DNA of 61,764 nt, taken from the IMG/VR virus record IMGVR_UViG_3300027162_000003, positions 1 through 61,764 of that record. The stretch is one strand, 5' to 3'. Below are positions 58,296 to 61,764 of this stretch, piece by piece; position 1 is the stretch's first letter, and each line of letters begins with the position of its first letter. The stretch is from a virus (taxonomy: Duplodnaviria > Caudoviricetes). The translations under genes and the position numbers were made by a program. The notes beneath the pieces are model-generated. The model worked only from the letters and a program-made list of their open reading frames with translations. It was not told the origin of the DNA and did no database searches.

Positions 58296-58694
58296 TTAAT
58301 CTTCGTATTCCTCTTCGGTTTCGTCCTCTTCGCCCTCAGCTTCTTTTAAGCCTTTTTCAATAGCGTCTTCATCATCCTCTTCTTCTTCCATTGGCTCCAT
58401 CTTGGATTTACCATTGGATTTGATGCCGTGGATTTCAAGTTCAACGCAGTAGCGTTTCTTCTCTTCACCATCACGCATCATGGTTTCTTTCTTCTCCATG
58501 ACTTTCTTGAAGTGAATTACAGCAGTTCCCTCATTTGGGAAATCCATCAACTCTTTAGCATCGCTAAAATACAGAGAGGGATAGTGAACGGAAGCAGGCT
58601 CACGCTCAATTTCAATAGCCGTCATTGGCTTCATTTCTTCTCCAAGGTCAACAAAGCCCTCTGGCAAGCTTACTTTTTTAGATGTGTATGGCAT
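58296..58694 (-). CDS. Acidic hypothetical virion protein
   Basis: YPSLYF..VELEI core, poly-acidic tail. Confidence 0.6.
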   Translation of the reverse strand: MPYTSKKVSLPEGFVDLGEEMKPMTAIEIEREPASVHYPSLYFSDAKELMDFPNEGTAVIHFKKVMEKKETMMRDGEEKKRYCVELEIHGIKSNGKSKMEPMEEEEDDEDAIEKGLKEAEGEEDETEEEYED

Positions 58695-58790
58695 ATTAGT
58701 ATATTGTAATCCGACCTTCTTTTTTGGCTTGCTCGTATTCTTCTTTCGTCACTTTGTTTTTAGAAAGGATTTCTTTGGCTTGTTCAGTTG

Positions 58791-60623
58791 TCATAAGTTA
58801 GAAAGTTTCCAATGAACATATGCAGCATTAAGTGAAAGCAGTTCTTCATACCTTACGCTATACATTTCTCCTGCTGGATTTTGTAAATTTCCTTCATCAT
58901 CAAACTCGTCTTCCCATTTATCATAGCATAGCAATCCGTATTCAAATGCATCCAATCCCTCAGATTCAAATGCTTCTTTTACTTCTTGCGCTATAACTCC
59001 ATAATGCCATCTTGCTTTTTCTTTTTTTGAATCAACAGCATGATTAAATTTATATTGCTTGAATTTAATTTTTCCAAAAGCCCTTAATGCAGATTCTGGA
59101 ATTTCTTGGATTTGTTGTTTGTAATTTGCATCAGATGTATTAATTGTTCCATTTACAGCAAAGACTTCAGTCCATCTTACTCCGCTAACTCCAAGGCTTG
59201 CTGTATTATTTGTAATTGGTCTTACTGCCCCAATTGATCTATGGTCTTCTGCAAATCTTTGAACTTGAGTAGTCCCTTGAAACAATGCAAAATATTTATT
59301 TGCTGGAGTTGGATCAGAACCATCAAATGATGCAACTAATCCATTTGCGCTAAATTTAAAACCCTCCTCTGTGTGTTCAGAAGAATTTTCCGATGCAGCA
59401 GATTTTGCAATAGTTGAATTAATTATGCTAGTTGTTTGTTCATCCCCAACATTTTTTATATCCCAGCTTTTGCAACCAGTTTGTAAATTTATAGCTGGAT
59501 TGAAGTCATCTGTTACATTTGTGCCAGAATGCCTTGGCGATGCGCCATTAATTAATGTATATGTTGAAATCGCATCTATATCAACACAATATTGATATGG
59601 CCTAATAAATCTATTGTTTATTAAAACATTATTTTTCCCTTTAACATATATGCCTTTTACCAATGCAGCCGTTCCGCCACTTGCTAATGTTCCTTGAGTT
59701 GTATTTGTCCCTCCCAACTGACCTTGTGGGCCACTAACAGCACAACCAACGATTGATATATTGTCAGCATATTGAAGTTGAATTACATGATTTGCATATG
59801 GACTTAATGTAGTATTTCCTCCGCAAAAGAAAAATTCGCAATTCAAAAGATATAGCCTATATGCAGCAAGATTTGCTCCTGATTCATTATTTGCATCCCC
59901 AGCAAATAAAGCGCAACAGTCAGTTCGTCCAGCACGGCAAGTATCAAATGTTATAATTCCACACTCCGCATATCCACTTGTTGAATTAATAGCACCATCA
60001 TCTACATAATAAGCGTGTCCCTTGCAATACTCTACTGTTACCTGCGTTAATTTTGTGCTTGGGCATTCTTTAGATAAATATACTCCAATTCCCGGCTCTT
60101 GGTAAACTTGGACTCGTTCAAGCAATGTTTGAACACAATTTCTAATATAGATTGCTCCTACAGTTCCATTAACGCTTCCAGAAGATGTCCAGCGAACAGT
60201 ATCTGAACCATAAATCTCTATATCGCGCATAACAAAACAACTTTTGTCATCGGCAGTAATTACCCATCCACCAGTAAAATCTGCAAGAAGTCTTGTTCCT
60301 ATATTTTCTGAAACTGACAACGACCTACCAAATCCATCTCCATAAATTGTTATTCCGTCATCTGGAATAGTTAGTCCAGATGTTAAGCGATAAACTCCAT
60401 CTGGAATATAAACTACACCTTTCCCTCCGCTTGCTGAATTAATTGCAGCTTGAATAAAAGAAGTAGAATCAAAAGTTGAGTAGCCAGACTCAGTAATCGA
60501 ATGCGCGCCAAAATCCCTTACATTTATTACATCAGCAAAGTGATCTTGCAATAGACGCGATGTATTTCCTCCAGTAGATGTAATTCCATCAATTACTCTT
60601 TGTGTTGCTTTTGTAATAGGCAT
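58791..60623 (-). CDS. Tail spike: pectate-lyase-like beta-helix with C-terminal intramolecular chaperone (peptidase S74)
   Basis: INVRDFGA..D.T..IQAAIN..VYIPDGVY; TSDANYK..HYGVIAQEV..YSVRYEEL. Confidence 0.9.
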   Translation of the reverse strand: MPITKATQRVIDGITSTGGNTSRLLQDHFADVINVRDFGAHSITESGYSTFDSTSFIQAAINSASGGKGVVYIPDGVYRLTSGLTIPDDGITIYGDGFGRSLSVSENIGTRLLADFTGGWVITADDKSCFVMRDIEIYGSDTVRWTSSGSVNGTVGAIYIRNCVQTLLERVQVYQEPGIGVYLSKECPSTKLTQVTVEYCKGHAYYVDDGAINSTSGYAECGIITFDTCRAGRTDCCALFAGDANNESGANLAAYRLYLLNCEFFFCGGNTTLSPYANHVIQLQYADNISIVGCAVSGPQGQLGGTNTTQGTLASGGTAALVKGIYVKGKNNVLINNRFIRPYQYCVDIDAISTYTLINGASPRHSGTNVTDDFNPAINLQTGCKSWDIKNVGDEQTTSIINSTIAKSAASENSSEHTEEGFKFSANGLVASFDGSDPTPANKYFALFQGTTQVQRFAEDHRSIGAVRPITNNTASLGVSGVRWTEVFAVNGTINTSDANYKQQIQEIPESALRAFGKIKFKQYKFNHAVDSKKEKARWHYGVIAQEVKEAFESEGLDAFEYGLLCYDKWEDEFDDEGNLQNPAGEMYSVRYEELLSLNAAYVHWKLSNL

Positions 60624-60636
60624 ATTTTTATTTAAG

Positions 60637-61290
60637 TTAAGCTATAGAAAGTGATACAATTGTTGCTTCTGAAGATAATGGAACCGGTTGAGAGAATGTT
60701 ATAGTCCTTGGAGTTGTTAAACTAATTGTGTAATTTGTAGGATTTTGAAAAATGCCATCAATTGTAACTAAATATGCAATGGAGTTAGTAGAAAGACCTC
60801 CAGTAATTCCAAAAACATCCGTCACCCCATCTCCAATATAAGACCAGATATTGCCAAAATTTGAAGGTGGCAATACCCCAGTTGCACCCGTGGCTCCTGT
60901 TGGCCCTGTTGGGCCTGTTGCTCCACCTGATGGGCCTGTTGCACCAATTAGCCCAGTTGCACCAATTAGCCCAGTTGCACCAATTGGCCCAGTTGCGCCA
61001 ACTGGCCCAGTTGCACCAATAAATGTTCCATTATTTGCAAGACGAATAAAATAGCACATCAACCCCTCATCCGTGAGTCGGGGTTGATTGAAAATCTCTA
61101 CTGTATTATTGGGATCGCAAGGAATATCCCATACTACGCGACCATTTACAATGGATTTATTGATTGTTCCATAAAGCGCATAAACAAGATTATCAATCAA
61201 TGATGGAACTGACTCAGAAGAAATAGATGGATACGGAACTTCTGGGCAGCAAGTGCTGGAATATGTTGAGCTATTGCAATTGCAGGACAT
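60637..61290 (-). CDS. Short collagen-like fibre with Cys-rich N-terminus
   Basis: [15 protein letters not shown]; G-A-T tract; C-terminal [18 protein letters not shown] domain. Confidence 0.8.
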   Translation of the reverse strand: MSCNCNSSTYSSTCCPEVPYPSISSESVPSLIDNLVYALYGTINKSIVNGRVVWDIPCDPNNTVEIFNQPRLTDEGLMCYFIRLANNGTFIGATGPVGATGPIGATGLIGATGLIGATGPSGGATGPTGPTGATGATGVLPPSNFGNIWSYIGDGVTDVFGITGGLSTNSIAYLVTIDGIFQNPTNYTISLTTPRTITFSQPVPLSSEATIVSLSIA

Positions 61291-61333
61291 GATTTTTATG
61301 TTTTAAATTTTTAAATTAAATAGTCAATTACTT

Positions 61334-61764
61334 TTATGCTGTAGAAAGAGAAACTACAACCATTGAACTTCCACTTGGAACTGTTGAAATTGTCAATGTC
61401 CTTGGAGAAACATTATTGATAGTATAATTTGCTGGTGGTTGCAAAATGCCATCAATCGATACTAAATAAAGTGCTGATACAAGTGTACCTGATGTATTTC
61501 CTGTAAGAGTCCAAGTTGTAGTTGCGCCATTTCCTGAAAATGTCCAAACATTACCTGCGTTTGAGGCGGGAATAACTCCAGTTGCGCCTTGTGGCCCAGT
61601 GGCTCCAGTTGCTCCTTGTATCCCAGTAACTCCAGTCGCACCCGTAGCACCAGTTGCGCCTTGTGGCCCAGTGGCTCCAGTTGCTCCTTGTATCCCAGTA
61701 ACTCCAGTCGCACCCGTAGCACCAGTTGCTCCTGTCGTGCCTCTAACACCAGTGGCTCCAGTAG
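61334..61764 (-). CDS. C-terminal part of the junction-spanning collagen-like fibre (joins 1-949)
   Basis: Reads ...[18 protein letters not shown]...[17 protein letters not shown]...VVSLSTA*, paralogous to the C-terminus of 60637-61290. Confidence 0.85.
   Translation of the reverse strand, partial: TGATGVRGTTGATGATGATGVTGIQGATGATGPQGATGATGATGVTGIQGATGATGPQGATGVIPASNAGNVWTFSGNGATTTWTLTGNTSGTLVSALYLVSIDGILQPPANYTINNVSPRTLTISTVPSGSSMVVVSLSTA

Overview
The window looks like a complete, circularly assembled tailed-phage genome of about 61.6 kb. Positions 1-135 repeat 61558-61764, apart from one extra 72-bp collagen repeat unit. The layout is podovirus-like. A + strand early/replication arm (about 28.9-40.2 kb) carries a RecT-like annealase, a PD-(D/E)XK exonuclease, a replication initiator, DnaB, an SSB-like protein and a NUMOD3 endonuclease. 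The - strand late arm carries terminase, portal, scaffold, major capsid, tail adaptor/nozzle, ejection proteins, a tail spike, many fibre/collagen-like proteins and a lysis cassette. No integrase, DNA polymerase, tRNA or CRISPR array was recognised. Starts are preceded by A-rich tracts without Shine-Dalgarno motifs, suggesting a Verrucomicrobiota- or Bacteroidota-type host (inference). The most striking observations are: (1) an Erv1/Alr-type sulfhydryl oxidase domain, a hallmark of eukaryotes and nucleocytoplasmic large DNA viruses, in a phage with Cys-rich virion proteins; (2) a CHAP endolysin interrupted at its catalytic Cys by a 311-aa intein; (3) two divergent structured non-coding RNAs beside the capsid gene, plus a recurring kissing-loop leader; (4) six late proteins starting Met-Gly-Gly, four of them clustered with a GNAT-like, a PP-loop (PAPS-reductase-like) and a CxxCxxCC protein; (5) glycosyl/methyltransferases together with Thr-rich G-A-T collagen fibres. 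Together these suggest a phage-encoded virion post-translational maturation system. All family calls come from motif recognition by eye; no searches were run.
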